64,000 nucleotides of DNA, taken from the NCBI GenBank assembly GCA_051294375.1, contig CM119270.1, forward strand, positions 2,495,484 through 2,559,483, given 5' to 3'. A program made the position numbers and the translations under genes. Source of the DNA: Paraspadella gotoi. Lineage: Eukaryota > Animalia > Chaetognatha. How positions within the stretch are numbered: position 1 is the first letter of the stretch; each line of letters starts with the position of its first letter. Below the pieces are notes generated by a model, which was not told the DNA's origin, searched no databases, and saw only the letters and a program-made list of their open reading frames with translations. Below, piece after piece: positions 1 to 13,686 of the stretch.

Positions 1-600
1 TGGCCAAAAAGAGAAATAAAGTGATCCTCCGTGAGACTTTTTCACTACTGTGAAAAAGTCACCGCCCTCCCTTACCCTGGACCCTCCCCCCCACAACCGC
101 CCCCCCCTTCATGTCCTCATCCGCTCGCGTATGCAAATATGAAGCAATTTTCTTGATGAGCTCATAATAAAGGACTCACATTTTCCGCGCAGCCGCGCAT
201 TCTTTCATGCCCAGTCGATGCAAATGAGGTAAGCGGAGGAGGGGTGAGGTCGAGGTAAGGTCGATCCGCTGAACCGAATGTCTCCTCCATCGTCTCGCCA
301 TTTGGTATATGAAAAGTTTGTTTTTGGGAGGGGGGGGATTTGCTTGCCTTTTTGAAAGGCCCTGTTGCCGCGGTGGTCATATGTGGCTATATTGTTTCGG
401 TCGGATCAGCGGTTGTCTGTCCACGCTGAAAGACAATTTTTTGATGAGAGAAATATTATTATTTTTTTTTATGAAATAAAATGTGACTTCCTGAATGATT
501 GAGAATGCAGAGAAGGGAAGCCAGAATGCAGAGAAAGAGAGATAGAGAGAGAGGAGAAGAGAGAGTTAGAGAGAGAGAGAGAGAGAAAGAGTGAGAAGAA
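1..600 (-). repeat. Indel-rich inverted copy of ~3660-4255 (may extend beyond the window start)
   Basis: The reverse complement matches block by block, e.g. gtatgcaaatatgaagcaat / attgcttcatatttgcatac and gaggtcgaggtaaggtcgatccgctga / tcagcggatcgaccttacctcgacctc, with scattered 1-2 nt indels. Confidence 0.9.
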
Positions 601-1185
601 GCTGGACAGAGCTGCAGAGCCGGAACTCGTTTTTAGAAGAAGCAGTGACGAGAAAAAGAGAGAGAGAAGAGCGACATTATAAAACGTTTTTTGTTTTGTA
701 ACATAAACATACAACACATACATATTGGATATGAAACATGAGAATTTTCAAAGATCTTGATGATTGAAAGCCATATATGAATTCAACTCCCTATGATATA
801 CACTTTCAGAAGCAATGATGCAAAAAAGCGAGACGAAAGCTAAACTGAAAAAAATCGAGACAGGACGGGCTTTTTGCCCGCTGGCTTCGATAATAGAGGA
901 TTATTTGTTTGTTTTATAAATGTAAACAAAAATTTAATACTGTCTGACTCATTTTTAAGGACATCGATGATGAAAAGCTGAATATAAATTATAATTTAAT
1001 CTATTAATTATTATCTAATTATCGTAGGCAGATCGCATTGTTTGCTCAACTGTTTCTATCTTAGCTCTCTTCTTTAACTCTCTTCCATCTTGTTGCGTTT
1101 CCTTTTCTTTTTTTTGCGCAGTGTCCCTTTTTTTAATGCCAATGGTCACGTGACTCCTCTCTCTCTCTCTCTTTTCTCTCTTTCT

Positions 1186-1250
<65 letters not shown>

Positions 1251-1728
1251 TTCAAGCCTCTTATTGTTTGGGGTGTGTTGCTTACAGATTCGCAAAATTG
1301 CAAAAGTCGAGATTCCTATTGTCCCACTTCGCTTTGGAAGTCAAGAGGACGAAAGGGCGCCAGAAAAAAAAGATAATAGCATTAATTGAAATACGTTTAT
1401 AGAAAAATTATTAGGCTTTCTTGATTTCTATGTCAGTTTCTTGCAAAAGTTAATATAAATATTATTCAATTACAAAACTAAACCCCACGAAATTAATGAT
1501 AATGGATTTTTAAGGCGATCGGGATATTCTCATTCACTCACTCACTCACTGACTCACCATCTTCACTCCTTCCTCACCCAATCTTCCGCCCCCCTCACAA
1601 AACCTCACCCGAATTGTTTTCAGTGAATTCGTCTCACATCCCGAGTCCATCTTTCACTCTCTCAACTCACCATCGAGAAATGATCCAATAAACAGACGTC
1701 GCCAACCAAAGGGGTCAACTCTCTCTTT

Positions 1729-1802
<74 letters not shown>

Positions 1803-2326
1803 TTCTCTCCCTCTCTGTCTCTATTTCTCTTTCTCCCTTTCTCTCTATTTCTCTCCGTCTTTCTCTCTGTCTCTCTTTATCTTTATATATCTCTCTCTCT
1901 CATTTTATGTAACTCTATCAACATATATCTCCACCTCTTTTCCTCCCTCTCTCCTCCTTCTCCTCCTCCTTCTGCTTCTCTTCCTCCTCCTCCTCCTCCT
2001 CCTCCTCCTCCTCCTCCACTAAGTCCGTGAAAATTGGTGACAGCAGATGATTCTGCAATTCGCTTGAATGAGAGGAAGGGAGGGAGGAGAGAGGAAGAGG
2101 GGGGAGGAAGGAAGAGGACGACGACGGGGGAAAACTAATTACATCCCAAGGACTGGGAGAAAACATTCTCTTCTTCCCTCCCCTCTCTCTCTCTATCTCT
2201 CTCTCTCCCTCTCTCTCGAGCTCGTCGTCTCTTTCTCTCCGAGCTCATTAAGAATCCAAACAATTTTGCTAAGTCAAGCATTTGCTTCTGCACTAGGATC
2301 ACGGGAGATGACTATTTGAGACGACG

Positions 2327-2363
<37 letters not shown>

Positions 2364-2424
2364 AAGAAAAGAAGTTTAACAAAGAATTTGCTTGAGACAC
2401 ACCAAACTTGACTAACTCCCTTTG

Positions 2425-2499
<75 letters not shown>

Positions 2500-3426
2500 C
2501 TCCCTGAAATGAAGTCCGCGCGGTTTTTTTGGAGCCTCTCGCTCACAGAATCAAGATGGCGATGTGGGCGTGTCTGGCGACATTGCGCCCGCGCTCTTTC
2601 GCCCCCCAACGGTGACCTTTTAAATCTTTGAGGGAAGCGTCTCTAGAGAAAGAGGAAAGGAGAAGAAAGAGGAGGATAAAGAAGGAGATTAAGAAAGAAA
2701 AAAAGAAGAAGATTAAAAAAGGAGAAAAAGGAGATAAATAAAGAGATTAAAACGAAGAAAAAGAAAGATATTAAAAAGGAGAAAAAGAAGAAGATTTAAA
2801 AGAAGAAAAAAGAGAAAAAGAAGGAGATTAAGAAAGAGAATAAGAAGGAGAAAAAGAAGAAGATTAAAAAGAAAGAAAAAGGAGGAGAAAAAATAAGATA
2901 ATTAAAGGTAAATAAAAGGAACTAAAGTAAACAATAAATAAAAATAAAAAGAAAAGAGAGAGAAAGAAAGCAGAGAATATGAAATTATCTTATCTTATTG
3001 TCCGCGTTTTACATAACTTTATCAAAGATCATAAGATGACTAAGTATTTTAATCGCTCTAAGAAGCGATTTCAAGATAATAATCGAGATGCATATACTGT
3101 TAGGACGCTTCCGCGTTTAACCAGTCGCGATAAAGAAAATAAATATTTGTTTGCATTACTTAACTTCGAAGAAGCGCTTTTAAAATAAAGTTATAGTTTC
3201 AGTTGGAGAGATTACTTGAAATCCTATGTATAAAAAACGACAACAAATGTTGTTAAGATAATTGTAAATAACCTGTAGATCCGTTTTTCAAGAGAAGATT
3301 AGGGAAATGCCACAAAATCTTTAAAAAAACTTTAATTGTCACGACTTTTAAATGAACGTCAATATGCAAATGAGATTATTAATGTTTTGCTTGACGAAAA
3401 AAAAATTGGTGAAAATATAAAGGGGA

Positions 3427-3457
3427 AGAAAGAAAGAAAGAAAGAAAGAAAGACAAA

Positions 3458-3551
<94 letters not shown>
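3427..3551. repeat. (AAAG)n microsatellite
   Basis: Read directly; a complementary (TTTC)n also lies at ~10811-10870. Confidence 0.95.
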
Positions 3552-3552
<1 letters not shown>

Positions 3553-3659
3553 TCTCTTCCCCTCCTGACTCTGCAGCTTTCGCGGGTCATCGACATTCGC
3601 AAGAAAAATCTCATTTGAAATTCCATCTACAAAGTCAACCAAGAAAAGTTGCTTCCTCT

Positions 3660-4255
3660 CCAGCCGCCTGACTCTCTCTCTCCCTCTTTCTATTTCTCTC
3701 TCTCTCTCTCTCTAACCCTCTCTCTCTCACTCTCTCTCTCTTTCTCTGATCTGGCTTCCTCTCTCTGCATCTCAATCAATTCAGGAAGTCAATTTTATTT
3801 CATAAAAAAAAAATAATAATATTTTTCTCATCAAAAAATTGTTTTCAGCGTTGGACAGACAAACCGACTGACCGACCAGAAACAAGCCCACATATCGACC
3901 CACCGACCGGACAGGGCCTTTCAAAAAGGCAAGCAAATCCCCCCCCCAAAAAAAAAAACTTTTCATAACCAAATGCGAGACGATGGAGGAGACACGGTCA
4001 GCGGATCGACCTTACCTCGACCTCACCCCTCCTCCGCTTACCTCATTTGCATCGACTGCATGAAAGATCGCGGCTGGCGGGAAAAGGTGAGTCTTATTAT
4101 GAGCTCATCAAGAAACATTGCTTCATATTTGCATACGCGAGGGGATGAAGGACATGAAGGGGGGGCGGTTGTGAGGGGGGAGGGTAAGGGTAAGGGTTGG
4201 GCGGGTCACTTTTCAGTAGTGAAAAGCTCCTCACGGATCACTTATCTTTTGGCCA
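3660..4255 (+). repeat. Partner (cleaner) copy of the inverted repeat with 1-600
   Basis: Same blocks as 1-600 in the opposite orientation. Confidence 0.9.
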
Positions 4256-5814
4256 ATCCAGACGTGATAAAACAATTCACTGTGACTATCACCATCTTCG
4301 TTTTTTTTTGTTCTCTACTCACTTCTAATTCACTCCTCACTTAATTTCTCTTCTCTTTTTCATTTATCTTTCACTTACATCAATTTTAGACTTATTTCCC
4401 TCCATTTTCCTCCCTTTCCACTTTCCTTTTTCTCTTCTTTTTTTTCCTTCCTCCTTCCTCTCTCTCTTTTCCTACCTCCCTTTTCCTTCCCCTATCGATT
4501 ATCTTTTTCCATCATTTCCTTTTCTTTCTTTTCCTTTTCTTTTCTCTAAAATCTCCCTAACGATAATCTTTTCCTTTCTCTTTTATACTCTTTTTTTATC
4601 CATTATAGTTTACTTTTCGCTTTTCACAGTTAATTCTTTATATTTTTATGTTCCCTTTTTCTCTCTTCTTCTTCCTTTTCTTTCCTGTTTCTCCCTTTCA
4701 TCTCCTTTCCTCCCTTTTATTTTTCCTTCCCGTTTCTTTTCCTCCCCATTTTCCTCCCCATTCCTCCTTTTCCCGCTTTCCTATTTCCTCCTCTTTCCTT
4801 TTCCTCCTCTTTCCTTTTTACTTCTCCTTTCCTCCCATCCCATCTTCCTCCGTTGCACATTTTTACTTAAGATGCGCCGCGTCTCTCATTTTGTTCTTAT
4901 CAACTCGGAATTAGTTGGCCGATCGTTTGACAGCCGGGGCCGGACGCCGCCGCGCCCTCTGGACCCCCTTTTTCAGAGACNNNNNNNNNNNNNNNNNNNN
5001 NNNNNGAGAGAGAGGGAGGAGATGAAGAGAAAAGAGAGAGGGATGAGAGAGAGAGATAAGAGAGATCTTGACTGTATGTTTTTATTTTCGACGACGACGC
5101 GGGACGGCGAGGCGACGAGAGACGAGCAAGCCGAGGCAGACCCCGAGCACGGACGCGCCGCACAGCCGGACCAGACTGAGATCGATCGGCACCGTGTTTT
5201 AGCCTTACCTATAGTATATGAGTAACTGGAGATGTGATGTTCCTCGTTTACCAGTGCTTGGAAAATCATGGTCAGTACGTATTCTCATTGTTGTCTCTGA
5301 TCGAGATGTTCTCTTAACTCGAAGTAGTGAACTCTCGTGAGTAGTTCGGAAAGACTCTCACGCGTCAACTGGTAACAACGTTCACCATACACTAATTCAG
5401 TTCTGCAAAAAAACAAAACCCTTGCAGAGAAGCTCTACAATAAAGTCTTCGTTAAGTAAGCAGAGAAGATTATATTTGTCAAAAAAACAAAAAAGAAAGT
5501 GCAAATATTGGTATTGGTAATTTCCTACACCAAACCCTACAATTCAGTCCAGGCATCTTGTTCCCCCAGAGCACATACAACGATGGCTGCAAGAGAACAA
5601 CTCTGCATTACCATTCTTATCACTCTTAACTTACTACCTTGAGATACTATTATGAGATATCTACATTCTTCATTGACCTTTTCCCGATACTACCATATTA
5701 CGCGCTCAAATCCATGACTATTCAATTCCTCTTTCGTCCTAATCTTACCTCCTATCTAAAGCTCCTCTATGCAACTCCTCCCGTATAACAGAGTTATCGA
5801 ATCATCCGAGTTCA

Positions 5815-6700
5815 TAATGTTGCGACATTTTAAGCATGGCATAAAGTATGGCATAAGGCTACATTTCCAAATGGACGCTTTCATCTCGGGTCAATTAGCA
5901 ATAACGCACATTCATCGTCTCTTTTCTGACGTTCAAACAGGGCCGTCACTCGAGGATCGATTGGACGTGCAGACGTGCCTCTTGCATTTCTCTCTCATTG
6001 TTACTCTCGGCTAATTTCTCGAGAGGATATTGAAGTGAAGAGAGAAAGAAAAGAGAGAAGAGAAGAGAAGTATATATAAGAAGGAGGATAAGTGCAATGC
6101 AAAAAAGAAGCATGTGAACCCAGTAATATCGGAAAGAAGGAAAGGAGAATGTGAGAATGAGGATTTGCGTATCGAGGAGAAAAAGAGGAAAAAGTGGACT
6201 GATGAGCAAAGGAAAAGAAAGAAAATGTGGAATTGCGACAATGGGACACAGCAAGCTAAATGAGAAAGAGTAAAGGAGCAAGAACGTTAAGGACGAAGTA
6301 ACAAAGGATAAGCGTAGCTTAAGTAAGCCTGAATCAAGAAGATAATGCAGAAATGAAGGAAAGAAATGGAGGAAGGTGCGGAGCGTAAAGAAGGTCAGGA
6401 AAACATAATTTATATGATGCAGGAAGCAGGTAGGAGAAAAGGACGAACATAGGTATTCGCCGTAGAACGCAATCATAGGCTGATCGGACATGGGTTGAAT
6501 ATGTATAGTGATACGTGAGAGAGCAGGAGCGCTTGTATCCGCAGCTTCTATGCTGACGGAAGAATTATGCGATAACTTGTAGAGAACATGTTGCTTACCG
6601 AGAGCATTGACTTCTGCTATCGCGAGCGACCGTAAACGAGATGCACGTGGTATCGTGTCATGGATGCGCGATGATTAAAATAGATGACTCGATCAGTCTT
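5815..6700 (+). repeat. Insertion-rich direct copy of ~10195-10795 (probable uncorrected long-read sequence)
   Basis: Shared ordered anchors (caaatggac..ttcatctcg, ctcgagaggat, agaaagaaaagagaga, aatgtggaattg, ggaaggtgcggag, acttctgct, aaaataga..actcgatca). This copy is ~885 bp versus ~600 bp. Confidence 0.8.
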
Positions 6701-9700
6701 CGTAATCATGCAAGAATAAGCCATTTCGACTAAGGGATTTCATTAAACAGATTGATGATTATTCGTGAAATGTTATCGATTATTTTTTCCTCGATTCCTT
6801 TCACTGAGTTGGTGCGCATTGTGGAAAACATATTTACGACGTTCACGTTTTCTCAGAGTCTTCGCGTTATTCTCGTCCATGATCAGTAACTTTTTATCGC
6901 TAAAATCACAGCGGCGTCAAGTTTCATGCGAAGCTGTCAAGAGGTTGGAGAAAATAGCAAACGAAAATAAAATGACCCACAGAAATACAAGCGAATCAAT
7001 CGCGGGTATGTACATTCTTCCTACTATATGTTCTATTATTTATTGTTTTTCTATTATTTTTTTGTACCTATTTGTTGGTTAATATACATTGCGGAGCCTC
7101 TGATCCAGTTTGAGTTTGCTAATTCCCCTTCCCCGCTCGGTAAGAATGAAAGAAAAAAATATAAAATACAACAAACAATTTCTTTTCACTTATGAGCCTG
7201 TACAAATAGAATAACATATATACGTGGTACTTTACGCTGCTTTTGAGCTGTTCTTCGTTCTACACGGAGCCTAGGCCTGAGCGACGATACGTGAGCTACT
7301 TGCGAGGGCAAGTCAAGTTACGAGGTCACTTGCTCGCGCTACAGAATTTCAGGGGGCCCCCGGGCTCTCCTAGCGCACCATTCTCTACAGAGAACGATGC
7401 ACGACTTTGCTATGTCTCTACAGCGAGACTTCACAAACTGTACTTATGTTGTAATCTTACTTTAGAGTATGAATTCTCATGAAGAGGTGTGGAGGTCGTG
7501 GGGAGTCCGTCCCCCTTTTAGGCGACACCTCCATTAAAAGTAGTTGGTACCGGTCGCCTCCTCACGACCGCCCGGCCTCTGTGTAGATCGAGTCGATTCG
7601 AATTGCTGTAACGCAAACTTTTTCTTTATTACAAGAGAATAGAAGACTTCGCAACGTCATCCTTCAACGCAATAGAGCTTTCTCTAATTTGTTCACTTTT
7701 ATGTATATAATTACAGTCGTTCCTATATCTATAATACAGGAGTCGACGTTAATCTGATCATATTTTTCTCTCATATTTAAAAACATTATCTCTCGAAGAG
7801 ACTTAAGCTGGACATTATCTACATATAATATTAAATATGTCTAATCCTCTTATGTCTCAGAATATCCGGTTGCGTCAAGATCTCTTCACCTGAAATTGAT
7901 GTTAATCTTTATCGTGACGAGCTTCGGTGAATCTATAATTAAGGCCTGAAAGTAAGAGATGCATACGACAGTAAAGTGTGCTCAACGAACTATCTCTCTC
8001 TGCTCATCTTGTGACTACGCTAGTCTTTTATACTCTTAACTCAGTGTCGACTCATTCACCGCCAAAGGACTTTTACCTTCCAATACAAAGTTATCTTAGC
8101 CTCCTTATTATCTGTCCACTTTTTCGCGTCAATCTACTATCCCATAATTCTGACGACGGTATATGATTGCTACATCCGGATGTGTAAACAATTTGCTTGC
8201 TCTCTTGATCTCTATATGTTCTCTATGACTTGCTCATTTCTATCTTTTTTCACGACCGTTTTTCTACTCTATCTCCCTGGTTGCGTCCCGCTTGTTTTTA
8301 CTTGCTTCCTCGGACTTAACACGCCTATTCGACTTCCTTCTCTACCAAGCCTCACTCTCGCCCCGTACTATAACTGTGCACTTGACGACACCCTATAGTG
8401 ATTACGTTCACAATGGGCAAACGTATCGACATCTTGCTACTCATCTGTTTTATTACTGATATACTGAGAATTAGTCTGTGGACTCGTCTCTAGAGTAATT
8501 ATCGTAAAGCAGCGTCATGACTTTCGCCAAAGAAGTCGGAGGTCTGGAAGGGAAGGAAGTGGAAAGTGCACGGGGACGAGGGGAGGAAGCCTGCAGTGAG
8601 GGAAACGTCCTTTCGAGGTATGGAATTGTTAATCGTTGATTTTCAAATCAAAAGTTCTGAATTTGAAAAGATTAATCTTTTTATCTTTTATCCCCAGTCT
8701 CTTCGCGAAAGCCCGTCTACCTCGAATCCGTCTGCTCTCACCGCTGCGCCCAGGCAACGCTACGGGTCTTTTTGCACGGGAGGGCGTGGTTCCTGCTGAA
8801 TGGAAAAAAAATGCGTTCCCTGACGTGGGAAAATGAGCAGATTGTCGGTCAAGGGAGATTCGCCGGCGCGAGTTGGTATTTATGGCAGGCATGATAAGAA
8901 AATAAATAAAATAAATAAATAAAATAAATAAATTAAATTTAATAAATTAAAAAAAATAAATAAATAAATAAATAAAAATAAATAAAAGAATAAATTAAAA
9001 AAAAACAACCCCTAATCTACAGGACGAGGTGTGCAAGCGACCCTGCCCAACGGCACGGTGCCCAACGCCAACTTCTCCCTCTGCCTCCGATTCCGAAGAG
9101 TTTCTCGGCTTCGACGAGACGTTCGCCATTCATCGTCGCCTCCATCGCCTCCACGCGGTGAGTCTCCACTCTCGGCTGAGTAAGTGAGAGTTGATGGTGA
9201 CCGTAGGCTGACCATACAGAGGGTCTTACATATGTCTCGTGAATGCGGCTTTAAGATTCAAGCGCCAGTCAATCCTATGTAAGTTAATATCTTGTCAGTC
9301 TCTTGTTTCATCGCTGTTTTGCTAAGATTAGTAATTTTTAAGTCTATACTAATTAAAGTAAAGAAGCTTATGACGAAGACGTAAATGAATATATATAATG
9401 ATGTACAGTAATCTAAATTTCATCGAAAGTACAGTATAGTTGTTATGTGTCATAAACTTATTTTATTTTGACACGTTTTTGTATTATTTTCAAATAACAG
9501 ACAATAAAAATTAAACGAAAATCAATTGTCTTAATAAGCTCTACAGAAAAACTTAGATACTCAGAGAGTTTCGTCGCTTTATCTCTACCATAATCACAAT
9601 ACTCTCGCGCCGAAAAGAAGCTGACTTCCCTCAAATAGCCTCTTAGATAATTCATTCAATCTGTCGTAACGTAAGAGAAGCTCGCCCAGTTGACATAAAA

Positions 9701-10042
9701 TACAAGTGGATTACCTACAGCCCGGATCATCTTACGACCAGTTTCTTGTGATAAAGCGGACCGAATAGAGAAATATTAGACTTCTACTGAGTAACTCAGA
9801 GCAGACTGAGTAACATGTTGCAAGCTGTATCTTTCAATTCATGATGAGTTCCAAAGGTCTTGCTTGCTCATGTTCACTAACGTTCAGGTCGTTCTTACTC
9901 TTCTAGCGAGATGGAGCCGAAGTGTGGGACAGAGTATCAATTGTGTTGTAGAATGTTGTTAATAGTAGGTAAACGTGTAGTGTTTCGAAAGCTTAAACTT
10001 ATACTTAACAAATTCGTTTCTGAAAAAAAAAACTGCACTTGC

Positions 10043-10103
10043 AAGTGAGAGAACAACAAGTGAGAGAACAACAAGTGAGACAACAACATGTGAGAGAACA
10101 ACA
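10043..10103. repeat. 15-bp tandem repeat AAGTGAGAGAACAAC, 4 copies
   Basis: Read directly. Confidence 0.85.
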
Positions 10104-10811
10104 TCTACAATCCTGAGATAATTAGAGTTTCACTTCAAATTAAAAGGAATAAACTTTATTCCTTATTATCTTTATTATAAAGATACGAAATGATATAATA
10201 GTTTCGACATTTGCATGCATAAGTATGAAAGGCATTTCAAATGGACCTTTTCATCTCGTCAATGCAAAAGCGTCACGCTTTTTGACGTCAACAGGCGTCA
10301 CCCCGAGGTCGTTGACGGAGATGCTCATTTTTTTTGTACTCGGTAATCTCGAGAGGATGAAGGAAGAGAGAAAGAAAAGAGAGAGAGAGAGAGTGAGAAG
10401 AGGAAAGAGCAAAGAGAGGAAAGTATATAAGAAGGAAAGGAGAGAGAGAGAGAGAGAGAAAGGGAAAGAGGGAGAAAAGGAAAAAAGAATGTGGAATTGA
10501 GAAATGGAAGAAATAAAAAAAGGAGAAAGGGAAGGAGAAAAAAGGAAAGGGAGATAAGCTGAAAGAAGAAAAGAGAAATGAAGGAAAGGAAAGGAAGGAA
10601 GGTGCGGAGGAAGAAGGAAAAAAAAGGAAAAGGAAGAGGGAGGAAAAAGGACGAGATGGATCGGACCAAATAAAAGGGAATAAAAGGAACGAGGCGCGTC
10701 CATGGAAATTAGCGATAATGAAAATGTTGGCCGAGCAACTTCTGCTTACGACACGAGATGGGATGATGGTCGATGTGAAAATAGAACTCGATCACTTTCC
10801 TCTTTTCTTTC

Positions 10812-10870
<59 letters not shown>

Positions 10871-11033
10871 TATTTTTTTCTATCATTCTTTCTTTCTTTT
10901 TTCTATCCTTCTTTCTTTCTTTTATTCTTTCTGTTTTTATGTCTATCTCTCTTTCTTTTATTCTCCCCTATTGAAATATCAAGAGACCGCGTCTTTGGCG
11001 GCGAAGTCGACCGCGTCCGCCTCACCGATTCCA

Positions 11034-11066
<33 letters not shown>

Positions 11067-11292
11067 TGCCAGCTGCGTCTCAATCGCCTCTTCTCTCGAT
11101 GGACATTATCCTAACCTTGGATCCCGGATCGGCTATGAGCGAAAAAAAGGGGGAGAGAGGGGCGAAGGGTTGCGTAGAGAAATTCATGAGTCGCTATCTC
11201 GTCCATGGAGATGCAATGGAGATGCGATGGAGATGCGATTCTTTTCATCCGCATCGATGCGCAGAAAGAGACCATCGTCGATGAACGTCGAG

Positions 11293-11392
<100 letters not shown>

Positions 11393-11631
11393 AAAAGCAA
11401 TGGCGCTAAAAGGCCTTCGCTCGGATCTCGTTGCTTGCGTTTTGCCTGATTGCAGATAGAATATGGTCCACTTATGGTGCATCAACACCATAGACGCCAT
11501 GGAAAAACACAAATGAGATGAGGTTTAAAAAAAATCCTTTTTCCAAGATTGAAATCATTGTGATAATAAAAAAGGGGGTGATTTTTCTTTTTCTTGTGAG
11601 AAAAGGAGGAAAGGAAAAAGTGTGTAGAGAA

Positions 11632-11701
<70 letters not shown>

Positions 11702-13004
11702 TTCTTGCGCGCACAACTCGCGCACTCACACACACAAAAATTGCGGCCTCTTAATGACTTTGTATTCTCGGAGTGGAGTCTTGGCAATCACTCTCAGCAT
11801 TTAGGCCGAAGTCAATTAGTTTTTGCAAAACCTGCAGCAAACATCAGCGGCCNNNNNNNNNNNNNNNNNNNNNNNNNNNNNNNNNNNNNNNNNNNNNNNN
11901 NNNNNNNNNNNNNNNNNNNNNNNNNNNNNNNNNNNNNNNNNNNNNNNNNNNNNNNNNNNNNNNNNNNNNNNNNNNNNNNNNNNNNNNNNNNNNNNNNNNN
12001 NNNNNNNNNNNNNNNNNNNNNNNNNNNNNNNNNNNNNNNNNNNNNNNNNNNNNNNNNNNNNNNNNNNNNNNNNNNNNNNNNNNNNTTTTTTTTTCGAAAA
12101 TGAGAATTTGTAGAAATGAGAAAAAGGTAATCTAAAGATTTCATTTCTGATGGTCGTTTGTTTGACGCTTTTTTAATTGAGATACATCGGGGTTGTACAA
12201 TGTACGTTGTACTATGTATACGAGATATTAAATACTCTTGTACAAAGCAAANNNNNNNNNNNNNNNNNNNNNNNNNNNNNNNNNNNNNNNNNNNNNNNNN
12301 NNNNNNNNNNNNNNNNNNNNNNNNNNNNNNNNNNNNNNNNNNNNNNNNNNNNNNNNNNNNNNNNNNNNNNNNNNNNNNNNNNNNNNNNNNNNNNNNNNNN
12401 NNNNNNNNNNNNNNNNNNNNNNNNNNNNNNNNNNNNNNNNNNNNNNNNNNNNNNNNNNNNNNNNNNNNNNNNNNNNNNNNNNNNNNNNNNNNNNNNNNNT
12501 CTCGGAACCGGAGAAACGTTTTGCTCCTGCCCTCAGACGCGCTAATGAGTCTACCTTCAAATGATGTGACTAAAAAGACGTATTTGGACTTTTCATGACT
12601 GGAAAAGGAGTTCGCATCGGTGGAGGGAGGGAGGTAAAGGGAGGAGGAGGAGGAGGAGGAGGAGGAAGAAGAAGAAGAAGAAATAAGAAAAGAGAAAATT
12701 AAATGGGGTGCAGTGGTAAGTCTAAGGGAAGCGGTGTAAGTTCATAGGGGTTTTTACCCTTATTAGCTCTGCGTTGTACAAAGACTTTCACAGTGTCGAT
12801 CGTCGAAGCACTGCTGGCCCCTGGGGCACCTCGGGTGCAGACACAGCTAGTATCATTGCTATTCACTTCACGGCCCGTGGCACCGAAATTCACGCCACGG
12901 CCCGTGGCACGGCGACACGGCGTTGGCAACTCGTCAAATGAGTGGAAATTTAAAGCCTCATTTGGAGTCGATCATTTTGCCGACTGAGATGAAGAAAAAA
13001 AAAA

Positions 13005-13686
13005 CTCGAACGAGCGCAAGAAACGTGACTGAGCGCAACAAACAAAACTGAGCGCAAGAAACGCGACTGAGCGCAGGAAACTCGACTGAGTATAACAAAC
13101 GCAACTGAGCGCAACAAACANNNNNNNNNNNNNNNNNNNNNNNNNNNNNNNNNNNNNNNNNNNNNNNNNNNNNNNNNNNNNNNNNNNNNNNNNNNNNNNN
13201 NNNNNNNNNNNNNNNNNNNNNNNNNNNNNNNNNNNNNNNNNNNNNNNNNNNNNNNNNNNNNNNNNNNNNNNNNNNNNNNNNNNNNNNNNNNNNNNNNNNN
13301 NNNNNNNNNNNNNNNNNNNNNNNNNNNNNNNNNNNNNNNNNNNNNNNNNNNNNNNNNNNNNNNNNNNNNNNNNNNNNNACAAACACAACTGAGCACAACA
13401 AATGTGACTGAACGCAACTGAGCGAAAAAAACGAGACTGAGCGTAACAAACGCGACTGAGTGCAACAAACACAACTGAGCGCAACAAACGCGACTGAGAG
13501 CAACAAACACAACTTAGCGCAACAAACACAACCGAGCGCAAGAAACGCGACTGATAGAAACAAACGTGACTGAGTGCAAAAAACACAACTGAGCGCATGA
13601 AACGCGACTGAGCGCAAGAAACGCGACTGAGCGCAACAAACGGGACTGAGCGCAACAAACACAACTGAGCGCAACAAACACAACTA
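13005..13686. repeat. 19-bp minisatellite (ACTGAGCGCAACAAACACA / ACTGAGCGCAAGAAACGCG), interrupted by a gap
   Basis: More than 20 visible head-to-tail 19-bp units with point variation on both sides of gap 13121-13378. Confidence 0.95.

Noticed and set aside
13005-13686. CRISPR-like array
   Set aside because: Units are head-to-tail with no unique spacers, and the context is eukaryotic.
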